DNA of 64,000 nt from a virus (taxonomy: Duplodnaviria > Caudoviricetes): positions 1-64,000 of IMG/VR virus record IMGVR_UViG_3300033463_000076; one strand, 5' to 3'. A program made the position numbers and the translations under genes. Shown one piece after another: positions 1-9,085 of this stretch (position 1 is its first letter; each line of letters starts with the position of its first letter). The notes under the pieces are model-generated. The model saw only the letters and a list, made by a program, of their open reading frames with translations, was not told where the DNA came from and made no database searches.

Positions 1-452
1 GCGGTTACTCCGATGTTCCACCTTCTGAACTCCGTTTCAGTCCTGGTCTCAGTGACGTGCGTGGTGACGATCCTCTCCCTGACCTTGATGCTGTCAAGAC
101 TCTGGCGGAATCCACTGACGTAGGCGGTGTACAGGCTGTCTTCGTACACCTTCTGCGTGATGGGTATCTCCACCGAGTCGCCTTTCAGCGTCAGGGTGTC
201 CGGCCCTGCCACACTCGCGCTGTCTCTTTTTTTTTCGTCGACGACGGGAACGTACACCACACCAATGGGCTTCTCCTCCTTCAAATCAGGTGTCGTGTCC
301 GTCTTCTCTGTAGTGGTGACGGTCGTTACCACCTCCACCTTATCGGGCTTCTCGTTCGCATCCCTGTACTGCTTGTAGTTCACAAACAGCGATATGCAGA
401 GCAATACGAACATCCCGAACACGATATAGCTTAAAATTCTGTCCTTTTTCAT
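1..452 (-). CDS. N-terminally anchored membrane protein, DUF6808-like (spanin candidate); runs off window start
   Basis: Hand translation: MKKDRILSYIVFGMFVLLCISLFVNYKQ...QKVYEDSLYTAYVSGFRQSLDSIKV. One N-terminal TM helix; motif resembles proteins that follow endolysins in Bacteroidales phages. Not in the ORF track. Confidence 0.6.
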   Translation of the reverse strand, partial: MKKDRILSYIVFGMFVLLCISLFVNYKQYRDANEKPDKVEVVTTVTTTEKTDTTPDLKEEKPIGVVYVPVVDEKKRDSASVAGPDTLTLKGDSVEIPITQKVYEDSLYTAYVSGFRQSLDSIKVRERIVTTHVTETRTETEFRRWNIGVT

Positions 453-589
453 TGTCCTATCCATTTTATTAACTGATACACTCCGCACGCGACGGCCAGC
501 GCCACGAACGCAATAACGCAGTACACGCAGTTACGCATACTGTCCTCGAGACTCTTCCTGTTGTAGTAATACTCTCTATCCTCCCTCAT
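449..589 (-). CDS. small single-TM protein (46 aa)
   Basis: MREDREYYYNRKSLEDSMRNCVYCVIAFVALAVACGVYQLIKWIGQ; ATGA overlaps with both neighbours. Confidence 0.45.
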   Translation of the reverse strand: MREDREYYYNRKSLEDSMRNCVYCVIAFVALAVACGVYQLIKWIGQ

Positions 590-867
590 ACCCAGACAAT
601 CTTATTTTCACGAATAAAGAAATGAGCCATGTTCCGGCAGTTCGTGGCCACCGATGGCGACAGCGTCACCTTGCCGTCATGCTCCTCATAGTCCCATCCC
701 CACGACTTCGGCTTCAGCGGCATCACCGCCTCAGTACCGCAGCCGCAGGGACACATACAGATAGCAAGCGAGAACTTCTTGCTCACATATAGCACACCGA
801 ACTCCTTGTGCTCTGGCATGGTCTCTACGAACTCCACGCGCTTGAACTCCGTCAGTCTCTCACTCAT
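586..867 (-). CDS. DUF6527-like protein
   Basis: LYVS...CxCGCG...PL.P..W...VTLSPS...HFFI..KIVW pattern. Confidence 0.65.
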   Translation of the reverse strand: MSERLTEFKRVEFVETMPEHKEFGVLYVSKKFSLAICMCPCGCGTEAVMPLKPKSWGWDYEEHDGKVTLSPSVATNCRNMAHFFIRENKIVWV

Positions 868-1013
868 AGGTTCTTTATCTCTATTGAACGTATCTCAGTG
901 ACGCCGCTCTCCGTTCCTGGTTTCGGCATCATGTCGATCAAATCCTCCTTCGCCTCATGTGGGCACCCGCTTGTGGCAATCTCCACCTCGACGATAACCT
1001 TCAGTACCTCCAT
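864..1013 (-). CDS. hypothetical protein (49 aa)
   Basis: MEVLKVIVEVEIATSGCPHEAKEDL...; fills the gap exactly, with ATGA overlap at 864-867. Confidence 0.4.
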   Translation of the reverse strand: MEVLKVIVEVEIATSGCPHEAKEDLIDMMPKPGTESGVTEIRSIEIKNL

Positions 1014-1015
1014 AA

Positions 1016-1576
1016 TCAGAACTCAATGGTCTTGACAGGGTTCGTGTTCATCTTCAGCCATCCGTAACCGATGCTGTCGAGACGTCTCAGCCACCCCTTC
1101 AGGAACTTCTTGTTTGCAGTCCTCTTCTTGCAGATATCGTTCAGGTACTTCTTGCGTCTCTCAACGAGCTTTGCAAAGAACACCTTCTGATTCTGGCTGT
1201 TCAGCGCAGCGATGGTCTTCGGGCCTACTATGCCGTCGGCCTTCACGCCGAGCATCTGCTGGGGTATGGTGATACCATACGATCCGCTTGCCCACACCCA
1301 GTCCACGAGCATATTGGCTACGCTCTGGTCCTTAATCAAGTCGCCCTTCCATCTGTCCCAGAAGTTCTTCCTGCAGATACGCTTCGCATCCTCGGAAGTG
1401 ATTTTCTTCAGGTCGTCGACATCGATATCCCCGTCGCCGTCCTTGTCATAACCCTGCGCTTTCCAAGTGGAAATCGTCACTCCGTACTTCGTCGCTCCTC
1501 CCTTGTCACCAGGGACGTTAGCGAAGCCGCCTTCCCATGTCAGGATAAACGGCCATAATTTGTCAATACTTGCCAT
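1016..1576 (-). CDS. endolysin, glycoside hydrolase family 108 with C-terminal peptidoglycan-binding domain
   Basis: EGG..N.P.D.GG.TKYGVT motif; G...DGI.G..T; C-terminal FLKGWLRR. Confidence 0.92.
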   Translation of the reverse strand: MASIDKLWPFILTWEGGFANVPGDKGGATKYGVTISTWKAQGYDKDGDGDIDVDDLKKITSEDAKRICRKNFWDRWKGDLIKDQSVANMLVDWVWASGSYGITIPQQMLGVKADGIVGPKTIAALNSQNQKVFFAKLVERRKKYLNDICKKRTANKKFLKGWLRRLDSIGYGWLKMNTNPVKTIEF

Positions 1577-1579
1577 AGT

Positions 1580-1918
1580 CTAAAAATTATCATGGTCCAA
1601 CACTGTGTTATTACTCTCCCCTTTCTTCCTTCGTGGCATCCTCGGCTTCACGTCCGGCATGACAGGCTTTCCGTCGTTCCCGTACTGGCGTGTGAACTGA
1701 TAGCCCACCACGAGGGCGGCATTAGCTCCCAGCAGGTACGGATAGACGATGACCCACCAGTCAGGCATTATCGCGCCTCCGAACTGGCAGAACGTGTTTA
1801 TTCCCAAGGCCACTGAAGCTATGAAGGCACAGATATACTGGATTCGCTTGAACACTTTCGGTGTCTTCGCCTTCCAGCGTGCCTTAGCTTCCTGCCACCA
1901 TACTCTGATTGTCTTCAT
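1580..1918 (-). CDS. putative holin
   Basis: Two hydrophobic helices and a basic C-tail, immediately upstream of the endolysin; likely start MKTIRVWW at 1918. Confidence 0.6.
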   Translation of the reverse strand: MKTIRVWWQEAKARWKAKTPKVFKRIQYICAFIASVALGINTFCQFGGAIMPDWWVIVYPYLLGANAALVVGYQFTRQYGNDGKPVMPDVKPRMPRRKKGESNNTVLDHDNF

Positions 1919-1925
1919 AACTCCA

Positions 1926-2258
1926 TTATTTATCGTTAGGGTCACGCTTTATCTTATAGCCGTTGTCACAGAACGACAGCAGACGTGCGAGGCCCTGGAT
2001 ATCGCTTTTCAGCTCAGCCATTCCGACATTCACGGAACTGATCTCCTTCATCAGCTGGTGCTCCATGGAATTCATCTTACCCAGAATCTCGTCCTGCTTC
2101 TTTGAATGCGTATCGAGACGCTTCTGCTGGTTCTCTACGGTCTTCTCGAGAATGGCCACACGTGTCCGCAGGTTGTGAATCCAACCTATCAGTCCTGCAA
2201 TGCCGGCGATTATCACAGGCATCAGGTACGGCCATATATCTATTATCACTTGGTTCAT
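1926..2258 (-). CDS. membrane protein with N-terminal TM and coiled coil (lysis-cassette associated)
   Basis: WPYLMPVIIAGIAGLIGWI followed by a heptad-rich segment. Confidence 0.55.
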   Translation of the reverse strand: MNQVIIDIWPYLMPVIIAGIAGLIGWIHNLRTRVAILEKTVENQQKRLDTHSKKQDEILGKMNSMEHQLMKEISSVNVGMAELKSDIQGLARLLSFCDNGYKIKRDPNDK

Positions 2259-2260
2259 GT

Positions 2261-2647
2261 CTACTCAATTATTATCATGTTATCATTCGCATCTATCTGA
2301 ATCCCTGCCATCTTCATCTGAGGCAGCGACATGATACCCGCTATCTCTATTCCCGTCTCGCGCTTGATGCTCGAAACGATATTGTCGATATCGGCAATCA
2401 GGAACTGCGACACCGGCTTTTCGTCAAGATATGCGAACGTCAGGCAATAGTGTGCCGAGAACTCACCGCCAGCGCCCACAAGCGGCTTACCGAACTTCTT
2501 GCCCTTAATCAGTCTGTACTTCCTTTCAATGCTGTCGGAAAGCAACCCCACCGTCGCACCCGTATCGAGCAGCAGGTTTGCCTGTTTTCCGTTGAGAGTG
2601 GCCTTCACTATCAGGCGCTTCTCAGAGAGTGATTTAATCTTCTTCAT
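2261..2647 (-). CDS. retropepsin-like (clan AA) aspartic protease
   Basis: ANLLLDTGAT catalytic motif; flap-like GAGG; C-terminal GIMS. Confidence 0.8.
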   Translation of the reverse strand: MKKIKSLSEKRLIVKATLNGKQANLLLDTGATVGLLSDSIERKYRLIKGKKFGKPLVGAGGEFSAHYCLTFAYLDEKPVSQFLIADIDNIVSSIKRETGIEIAGIMSLPQMKMAGIQIDANDNMIIIE

Positions 2648-2659
2648 ATTCCCAAATAT

Positions 2660-5600
2660 TTACGGTAACATATAGTCAATCTTTATCCAGAAATCGATCT
2701 CGTCATTCGGCGAATCGTCATCACCAGTATGCACATAGCAGTACGCCTTGTTCGTCTCTGCTATCGAAGCGAACCTCAGATATCCACTCGAATTACTCTT
2801 GGCAACCACGGTAATGAACAGGTCTTCCTTCGAGAATCCCAAATCGGCCCATCCTGTCGGGTACGTCACCTTCCACTTACCTTGTGCAAGCCTCTCCACC
2901 GAGAAAGAGCCTCCGTCACGCAAAGCGTTCCTGCTGTCATTTATGCTTGCAGTCTGGTTGCCGTTGCTCTGCTGATAGCAGTGGACTCTGCAGAACCCGA
3001 GCGTCATCGTCTCTCTGAACTTCTTCTGCTCGACAATCTTAGACATCTGGGACGGCAGCACCTCAAAGCCATACTTGGCGTTGTTCGTGGCGAAGCGCAT
3101 TTCCGCGTTTCCTGCGCTGTTCCTGACCACTGCAAAGGCATTGTTGATAGACGATCCGAATGCAAGGCCATTGGCGAATATTCTCGACAGGTAGTAGTCT
3201 GCAGTGAACGAATAGCTGTTCAGGCTCCAAGCGAGCTTTCCGTAGGCATAGTTATTTGCAGCCAGCCACACCTCATACTCGATGACAAGCTCATGATATC
3301 CTGCCTCTACGACGGTATCGCCGACAACAGCATACTCGTACCACTTGTTTCCACCATAGGCAGAAGCACCGCCGAGGTACTTCGCATATCCCTTCTGATA
3401 GTTCTTCGAAGAAGAGTCATACGTATATACATACAGATGCGCAACCATCCTGTCAGACCAGTAGTAGTCGTTACTGCCTGGGTACACCTTCTCCGGCCAA
3501 CTCATATAATCCTCTATATCCTGATACCACTTGTTGTCCCACTGCGAACCTGCATACGTATAGGTGGCGTAGGCGTTCATCGTACCTCTTATCCTGATAC
3601 GTCCTGCGCTGTTCGTGGTCAGGTTACCGATGACAACCCTCGACGTCTGATGCTTACGTGCAACCGAAGAGCCCTGCACAGTGACAGGGTCTGTCTTCGA
3701 CTTCGATGCCTGGGACATCGAGAACGTCTTGTTAGACTCAGTACCGAACACGGTAGACACTCCCGTCTCTGTGGCACCGTCCATCCTTACAGACAGCTCT
3801 CCGTTGTCGTTGTACAGACGTATCTCTCGGTTTGCAGGGTCGAACTCGATGTGTCTTCCTGCATCGTTGCCGAGAATCTGCACACCGTCCTTCTGCACCT
3901 CCCAGCGATATCCGTCAGCGTGCATCACACGGATGATACCCTCGATACCGTTCAGCTCAATCTTATAGAGCGTGATATAACTGCCTGAAGCTACCTCAGA
4001 GGCCTTAATCTCCTCAGAAGTGGCAGGACGCCAATAGGTCGTATTCGTCGGAACGGTGCCAACGAGCGAACCAGCAGCCTTCGGCACGTAGTAGTTCTCG
4101 TTATACAGCACGAGGTCGATCCTCGGAGCGTTCAACGTGGTCGTATCGTAATAGTAGGTAGTTGAAGAACCGTACGTGCCACGGTTGCGGACGTAGTAGG
4201 CCACCTGACTGCTCAGGAACCTGTTGGAACTTACGAGGAAACCGCCGATATTGGCGTTCGTGCCGAACACGGTATTTGCTATCAGCGTCGATATCTTCTG
4301 CTGAACCTTCGTCCAATAGCTGCTGTTAGGTGGCGGCGTATTGGTCGGTACGGTCATGCCGAACGACTTGACACCGTATCTGTTCCACTCGCCGTCCTCC
4401 TCGACATCGACAAAGTCGCGCTTCTCGATATCCCACTTGTATTCCTTAGTACTGTCATACGGGCCGTTGTTCATCGGCAGGTAGTTGTAACCGTCGGCAC
4501 CTGGCAGCATCTGCAACATCGGCTGCTGAGCCACCTTCTGACTTCCGACGTACAACTCTATATATACAAACTGCGATGTCAGCTTCTTGTCTTTCAGGTT
4601 GAGCATATCCTGGAACCGTCCGGCTGACGTGCTGATATACGTTATCTTCGACGACTGGTTACCGTTGTATCGGATAGACACGTAGTTATCGCTTGCAGAC
4701 AGGTCAACGGCTGTATACGCACCGTTCTCATAGCGGTAGGCATATCCTCCGATGCTGTCGCTCGTGATCGTACCATCGCTTCCAAACGTGATGTTACACG
4801 TCTGCACATCGAGGACGTAGCTTACAGCGTTCTCTCCCTTGTCACCGTCCTTCGTGGCCGTAAGTGCTCCGTCGGCCACATACGCAGTCACGTCAACAGT
4901 CGTTTCCTGCTGCAGCGTTCCCTGCATCTGGAAGGCATAGCCCTGCGGCAGTCCCTTGCAGCCGATGAAGGCAAACGGATAGCGGCCAGTGGTCTGATTC
5001 TCCACACCACGGCTTCCGACGTTCTTCAGGGCACTGACGAGGTCTGCGTTCCATCCCACTGCATCATACGAGAACAGGCAGATGAAATAGTCTGCCGATA
5101 TCGCGTTAATCGCCGCAGCCAGTACCGACCTGCGGCTTTCGGTATAGACATCATAGAACTGCTTCGTGCCGAAACTCAGGTCACTCTTCTTGACCGTAAC
5201 GAGTGCGAGGCCTCGGCGTGATCCAGTAGAGGCGTCTGCAGTGCAATCGGTCTCTACGATGGTCGTAGTGGTCTTTCCGTTGCATACCGTCACGCTACCA
5301 TGGTTCGGGTTCTGTGCATTCGCATTCATACAGGCACCCTTCACCGTGATATACTTGGCACTATCTCCCACACCGCCATTGGCCACCTTCAGGACTGGTA
5401 CGGTCTCTGTGTCGAGGTCGTTCGTGCCGTCAGTCAGGACGATGACATAGTTATTGACGGTACTCTCAGCGGTAAACGAATATTTCTTACTCGAGTAGCT
5501 GCTGGCGTAGTTCGTGCCGTTCACCTTCAGCTGATAGCCACTCGGCAGCGTGCTGATATTCGTACGAGTACCGTTCTGGGCGGTCTTCCACACCCTTATA

Positions 5601-7033
5601 GTGATAGTCGAGCCAGTGCTTGACCCAGTGGTCGAGTTGAATCCTACTGAGTTCGGGCTTACCTCCAGCTCATACTTATCGATACCCACAAGGCGCTTGA
5701 CGGTCATCCTCGCCCTGTAGTTCTGTTCCTTGTACTTCACAAGCACGATGACCTCACCGCTGCCTCCACTGGTGGAGTCGATGCCGTCAATCTTTATCGT
5801 GCGCTTGTTGGTGTTCTCCACGAACGAAGCGGTAACACCCGTGCTCGTGGACTCTATCGACACATTGGCCGTATCGACCTGAGAGCTGACATCCGTGATG
5901 CCGTCGTACAGGTACCACGTTGACTGAGGTTTCGAGCCTACCAGTGTCGATCCGTCGCCCTGATAGAGAACGGAATCATTCTCATTGTCGAGGTCAAGGC
6001 GTATCACGTTCTGTCCGTTGACGAAACTCAGGATGGGTATCGTCTCACGGTCGAGTTCCTGCGTACCCTGCTTCAGCACCACGTAGTTCTCAGCCTTCGA
6101 CGTATCGACGGGCATCGTGGCGTAACCGCCAGAGTACGCCCTGCTGAGGTCGGAACTTCCTGATATGGTCATTCCTGACGGCAGCGTACTGATGTTCGTA
6201 CGGGTGCCGTTCTGGGCGGTCTTGTAGACTCGTATGGTTATGGACGTGGCCGTAGCCGACTTGGTAGTAGTATTGTAGCCTACCGCCACCTCCGAAAGCC
6301 AAAGTTCATACTTATCCACACCGACCAGCTTCTTCACCGTCATGGTAGCATAGTAAGACCCTCCCTTATAGACGGCCTTCACCTTTATCTCGTTTAGCAG
6401 TGCCGTGACACCGTTCACCCTCACGAGGCCCTTGTTCGTTATCGTAGCATCACAGCCCTCAGTCTTTGAATCGATACTCCACACGACACCCGTCGGGTCT
6501 TTCGTATAGCCGTCGTACAAATGCGCCTGAGAGGTCAGGAACTGGTTCTCGCCGTTGACGAGCGTTGTGCCGTCACCCTGATACAGCAGCGAGTCGTTTT
6601 CGTTCTCGAGGTCTACACGTATGGCATCCTTAGCATCCTGGGCGCCGACGATCACCGTCACGGAATCCCACTGGTTCGTTTTGGCCAGCCCGTCGTACAG
6701 CGTTATCACGAACGTCCTGCATGACGAATAGGTCTTCACGTCGAACTCGTACGCTGCCTGCTGCTTGGCTAAGATAGACGACTCCGTGCCATCCGTCTTA
6801 TAGCCTTTCACCACAAGATAGATGTCACTGTCAGCGGCCTTTGCGGGCGTTCCTGCAGCCACGCTGAGCCAGGCCTGAATCTTTACCGTTCCGTCGCCCT
6901 TGACGTTCCCGTCCCTATCCAGCGAGAACTCCGTAGGAGAAACGGTAAGGTAGTAGGAACCTGCGTCCCTACCGTCCTTACCCTTTCTGATTCTGTGGAT
7001 GACGACACTTCCCTGAGTGCTGTGCTTTGCCAT
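2660..7033 (-). CDS. large tail fibre/receptor-binding protein with duplicated Ig-like modules and an ILEI/PANDER-like domain
   Basis: 1457 aa; internal duplication (IRVDLENENDSLLYQGDG / IRLDLDNENDSVLYQGDG; KTAQNGTRTNISTLPSG twice); RGLALV...DVY...SYDA...GRYPFAFIGCKG matches the ILEI-type pattern. Confidence 0.7.
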   Translation of the reverse strand: MAKHSTQGSVVIHRIRKGKDGRDAGSYYLTVSPTEFSLDRDGNVKGDGTVKIQAWLSVAAGTPAKAADSDIYLVVKGYKTDGTESSILAKQQAAYEFDVKTYSSCRTFVITLYDGLAKTNQWDSVTVIVGAQDAKDAIRVDLENENDSLLYQGDGTTLVNGENQFLTSQAHLYDGYTKDPTGVVWSIDSKTEGCDATITNKGLVRVNGVTALLNEIKVKAVYKGGSYYATMTVKKLVGVDKYELWLSEVAVGYNTTTKSATATSITIRVYKTAQNGTRTNISTLPSGMTISGSSDLSRAYSGGYATMPVDTSKAENYVVLKQGTQELDRETIPILSFVNGQNVIRLDLDNENDSVLYQGDGSTLVGSKPQSTWYLYDGITDVSSQVDTANVSIESTSTGVTASFVENTNKRTIKIDGIDSTSGGSGEVIVLVKYKEQNYRARMTVKRLVGIDKYELEVSPNSVGFNSTTGSSTGSTITIRVWKTAQNGTRTNISTLPSGYQLKVNGTNYASSYSSKKYSFTAESTVNNYVIVLTDGTNDLDTETVPVLKVANGGVGDSAKYITVKGACMNANAQNPNHGSVTVCNGKTTTTIVETDCTADASTGSRRGLALVTVKKSDLSFGTKQFYDVYTESRRSVLAAAINAISADYFICLFSYDAVGWNADLVSALKNVGSRGVENQTTGRYPFAFIGCKGLPQGYAFQMQGTLQQETTVDVTAYVADGALTATKDGDKGENAVSYVLDVQTCNITFGSDGTITSDSIGGYAYRYENGAYTAVDLSASDNYVSIRYNGNQSSKITYISTSAGRFQDMLNLKDKKLTSQFVYIELYVGSQKVAQQPMLQMLPGADGYNYLPMNNGPYDSTKEYKWDIEKRDFVDVEEDGEWNRYGVKSFGMTVPTNTPPPNSSYWTKVQQKISTLIANTVFGTNANIGGFLVSSNRFLSSQVAYYVRNRGTYGSSTTYYYDTTTLNAPRIDLVLYNENYYVPKAAGSLVGTVPTNTTYWRPATSEEIKASEVASGSYITLYKIELNGIEGIIRVMHADGYRWEVQKDGVQILGNDAGRHIEFDPANREIRLYNDNGELSVRMDGATETGVSTVFGTESNKTFSMSQASKSKTDPVTVQGSSVARKHQTSRVVIGNLTTNSAGRIRIRGTMNAYATYTYAGSQWDNKWYQDIEDYMSWPEKVYPGSNDYYWSDRMVAHLYVYTYDSSSKNYQKGYAKYLGGASAYGGNKWYEYAVVGDTVVEAGYHELVIEYEVWLAANNYAYGKLAWSLNSYSFTADYYLSRIFANGLAFGSSINNAFAVVRNSAGNAEMRFATNNAKYGFEVLPSQMSKIVEQKKFRETMTLGFCRVHCYQQSNGNQTASINDSRNALRDGGSFSVERLAQGKWKVTYPTGWADLGFSKEDLFITVVAKSNSSGYLRFASIAETNKAYCYVHTGDDDSPNDEIDFWIKIDYMLP

Positions 7034-7044
7034 AACAACAACCT

Positions 7045-7437
7045 TTAAGCGATGTCAATCAATACAAGCGAAGCTATCTCCTTGGCGTGCGCACGGTACT
7101 GCTGCAGGGCCTGATACTCTGCAATGTACTCGGTACGCTTCTCCTCGGTGATATCAGACTCCTCGTCCTTGGCCAGCTCATGGTTGAACATGATGGCCTG
7201 CACCTGATCGGGGGTGTACTTGTCGTTCATGATGGCGTTCACGATACTGCCGTAGCCGTGGTCGCCTCTGATGTCGACGTTCTGGCACGAGTACTGGCTG
7301 ACGCTGTTGTCGATATTGCCATCCATGTCATGCACTTCTTCCTTCTGGAAGTCGAAATACAAACGAAGCAGGTTTCCCTCCTTCTCGGTCATGATGTTGT
7401 CGCTCGGAGCGACGTCGATGTTCATAAAAACTTTCAT
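7045..7437 (-). CDS. conserved Bacteroidales phage hypothetical protein (tail-region associated)
   Basis: KYTPDQVQAIMFN...EYQALQQYRAHAKEIA pattern; no Avd signature recognised. Confidence 0.55.
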   Translation of the reverse strand: MKVFMNIDVAPSDNIMTEKEGNLLRLYFDFQKEEVHDMDGNIDNSVSQYSCQNVDIRGDHGYGSIVNAIMNDKYTPDQVQAIMFNHELAKDEESDITEEKRTEYIAEYQALQQYRAHAKEIASLVLIDIA

Positions 7438-7464
7438 GTTCTTGCAAATTTTAGGGGGTTTAAC

Positions 7465-8919
7465 TTATTCGATATCGTATGTATTCATTCCGTTGCTCAG
7501 CTGCACTCTCAGGACCTTCGTAGGCTGCGGGAACACCTTCGTCCCATCCTTCTCCATAGCCCTCGCACGTTTCAGCTTGTCAATGACGAACTTGCTGGAG
7601 GTTATGAACTTCTTACGCACATCCTCCGGCTCGTCCTTCTCCCTGAACAGGACGGCGCACTTGCCAGCCTTGCCGTTGATAGTCAGATCCTCCTCGAAGT
7701 CGTATATAACAATCTCCGTTCCCTGCTTGGCCAGTATCTTCGCCTCCTCCCTCGGAACATTGAACAGCCTCTTGCCGTGCTCGTCACGGCTGATAATCTC
7801 GGTCTTTATACCGACTGATGCGAAACTCATATTATTCGTAAGTTTATTCCACAAATTCTTGCACCTTCCATACTTGCACCATCCCCAGTAGGACGCCATT
7901 ATCTCACGTCTGCGCCGCTGGCTCTTGACCCTGTGCAGGGCTCTTGCCATGCGTTTCTTCGTGCGCTTCCTGAGACTCATGTTATTCCTCGAGTACACAT
8001 AGCCTATCGAATCCATCTTACGGCCGTTGATGCCCTCCTCCTCGTCTGTCACGGGAGCGTAGTAGCTGCTGGCCTTCATCACGAGACCGATGCTGTTCAG
8101 TTCGCCATCGAGCCACCTCAAGTACTCTATGCACTCCTCGGCGGTCCTCTTGCCGTTGAACTGGTCATCGCAATGCCTGTGGTACGCCTTGTCACGCCGA
8201 CCCTCCTTAATCTTCAGGTCGATGCCGGTCATCACCATATTACCAAGCAGCTGCGATATACACGACCCTATCGTTATCCCCCTGTCCTCAAAGCGTCTGA
8301 TGGTCGAGCGGTCTGCACACCAGTTACAGTGTTCGTACTTCCGCTCAATCTCCTCGTCGAGAATCGGCTGGACGTCCGACTTGTAGTCGAGCATCGTCTT
8401 ACGGATCATGTCAATGAACTCCTCGTCATCCACGTACTCCCTCAAGGTGTCTACAATCACCTCGTGCGGCAGTGACGGATAGAACTTCCTGATATCGCTC
8501 TGGCAGTACCATTTCATCCACTTGAAGCGTCTGAAGAACTTCTTAATCCTGAGCGCACCCATCAGCTGTCCCCGTTCCTTTATCCCCGCACTCGAGTCAT
8601 AGATGTAGTGCCGTTCGATAATCGGCTCCAGCACTATCTTGATGGCGTGGAAAATGACGCTCCACGGATAGAAGTGCAGCGGATAGATATCGCGCTCCTT
8701 TATCTCCGTGTGAATCGTCACGGGCTTGTACTCCTTATGTGGATAGTTACCGGTCAGCATCATCCGCTGTATCGCACGCAGGTAGTCATCCTTCCGTGCG
8801 AGGAACTTCCTGGCATACCAGACGTTCTTGTCATCAAGGGCGTTGATGGCGTCCTTAGCCGCCTGCTGCAGATTGTTCCAGTCCGCGATTTTCTCGACCA
8901 ACCGAGTAGCCTTTTTCAT
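7465..8919 (-). CDS. DGR reverse transcriptase with about 120-aa C-terminal extension
   Basis: RT motifs KERDI, SDIRKFYPSL, GITIGSCISQLLGN (the SQ variant typical of DGR RTs), RHCDD, DSIGYV; adjacent TR/VR pair. Confidence 0.93.
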   Translation of the reverse strand: MKKATRLVEKIADWNNLQQAAKDAINALDDKNVWYARKFLARKDDYLRAIQRMMLTGNYPHKEYKPVTIHTEIKERDIYPLHFYPWSVIFHAIKIVLEPIIERHYIYDSSAGIKERGQLMGALRIKKFFRRFKWMKWYCQSDIRKFYPSLPHEVIVDTLREYVDDEEFIDMIRKTMLDYKSDVQPILDEEIERKYEHCNWCADRSTIRRFEDRGITIGSCISQLLGNMVMTGIDLKIKEGRRDKAYHRHCDDQFNGKRTAEECIEYLRWLDGELNSIGLVMKASSYYAPVTDEEEGINGRKMDSIGYVYSRNNMSLRKRTKKRMARALHRVKSQRRRREIMASYWGWCKYGRCKNLWNKLTNNMSFASVGIKTEIISRDEHGKRLFNVPREEAKILAKQGTEIVIYDFEEDLTINGKAGKCAVLFREKDEPEDVRKKFITSSKFVIDKLKRARAMEKDGTKVFPQPTKVLRVQLSNGMNTYDIE

Positions 8920-9085
8920 TTCCAGTGCTTTTTAACTCTTGTTGCTTATTCTCTCTTGCCCGCCTCTTTCGGCTTTCGCCTACTTGCTGCGCTTGCCTTC
9001 CGGCCTTTCCGCATATATTTTCTGCACCCCAAAGATGCAAGGCTCAAGGGACTCCGCCAGCTGACGATGCTGGAAGGATTGATTA
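8920..9085 (-). ncRNA. DGR spacer RNA (3' of TR), structured
   Basis: Noncoding GC-rich segment between TR and RT with hairpins (TGCATC-TTTG-GGGTGCA; GGC-GAAA-GCC) on the minus strand. Confidence 0.5.

Noticed and set aside
7045-7437. ORF downstream of RT as the Avd accessory protein
   Set aside because: No Avd-type four-helix signature recognised; it resembles tail-region hypotheticals instead.
7465-8919. RT as a group II intron, retron or Abi RT
   Set aside because: An adjacent TR with adenine-only mismatches to two VRs and the SQ motif identify it as a DGR RT.
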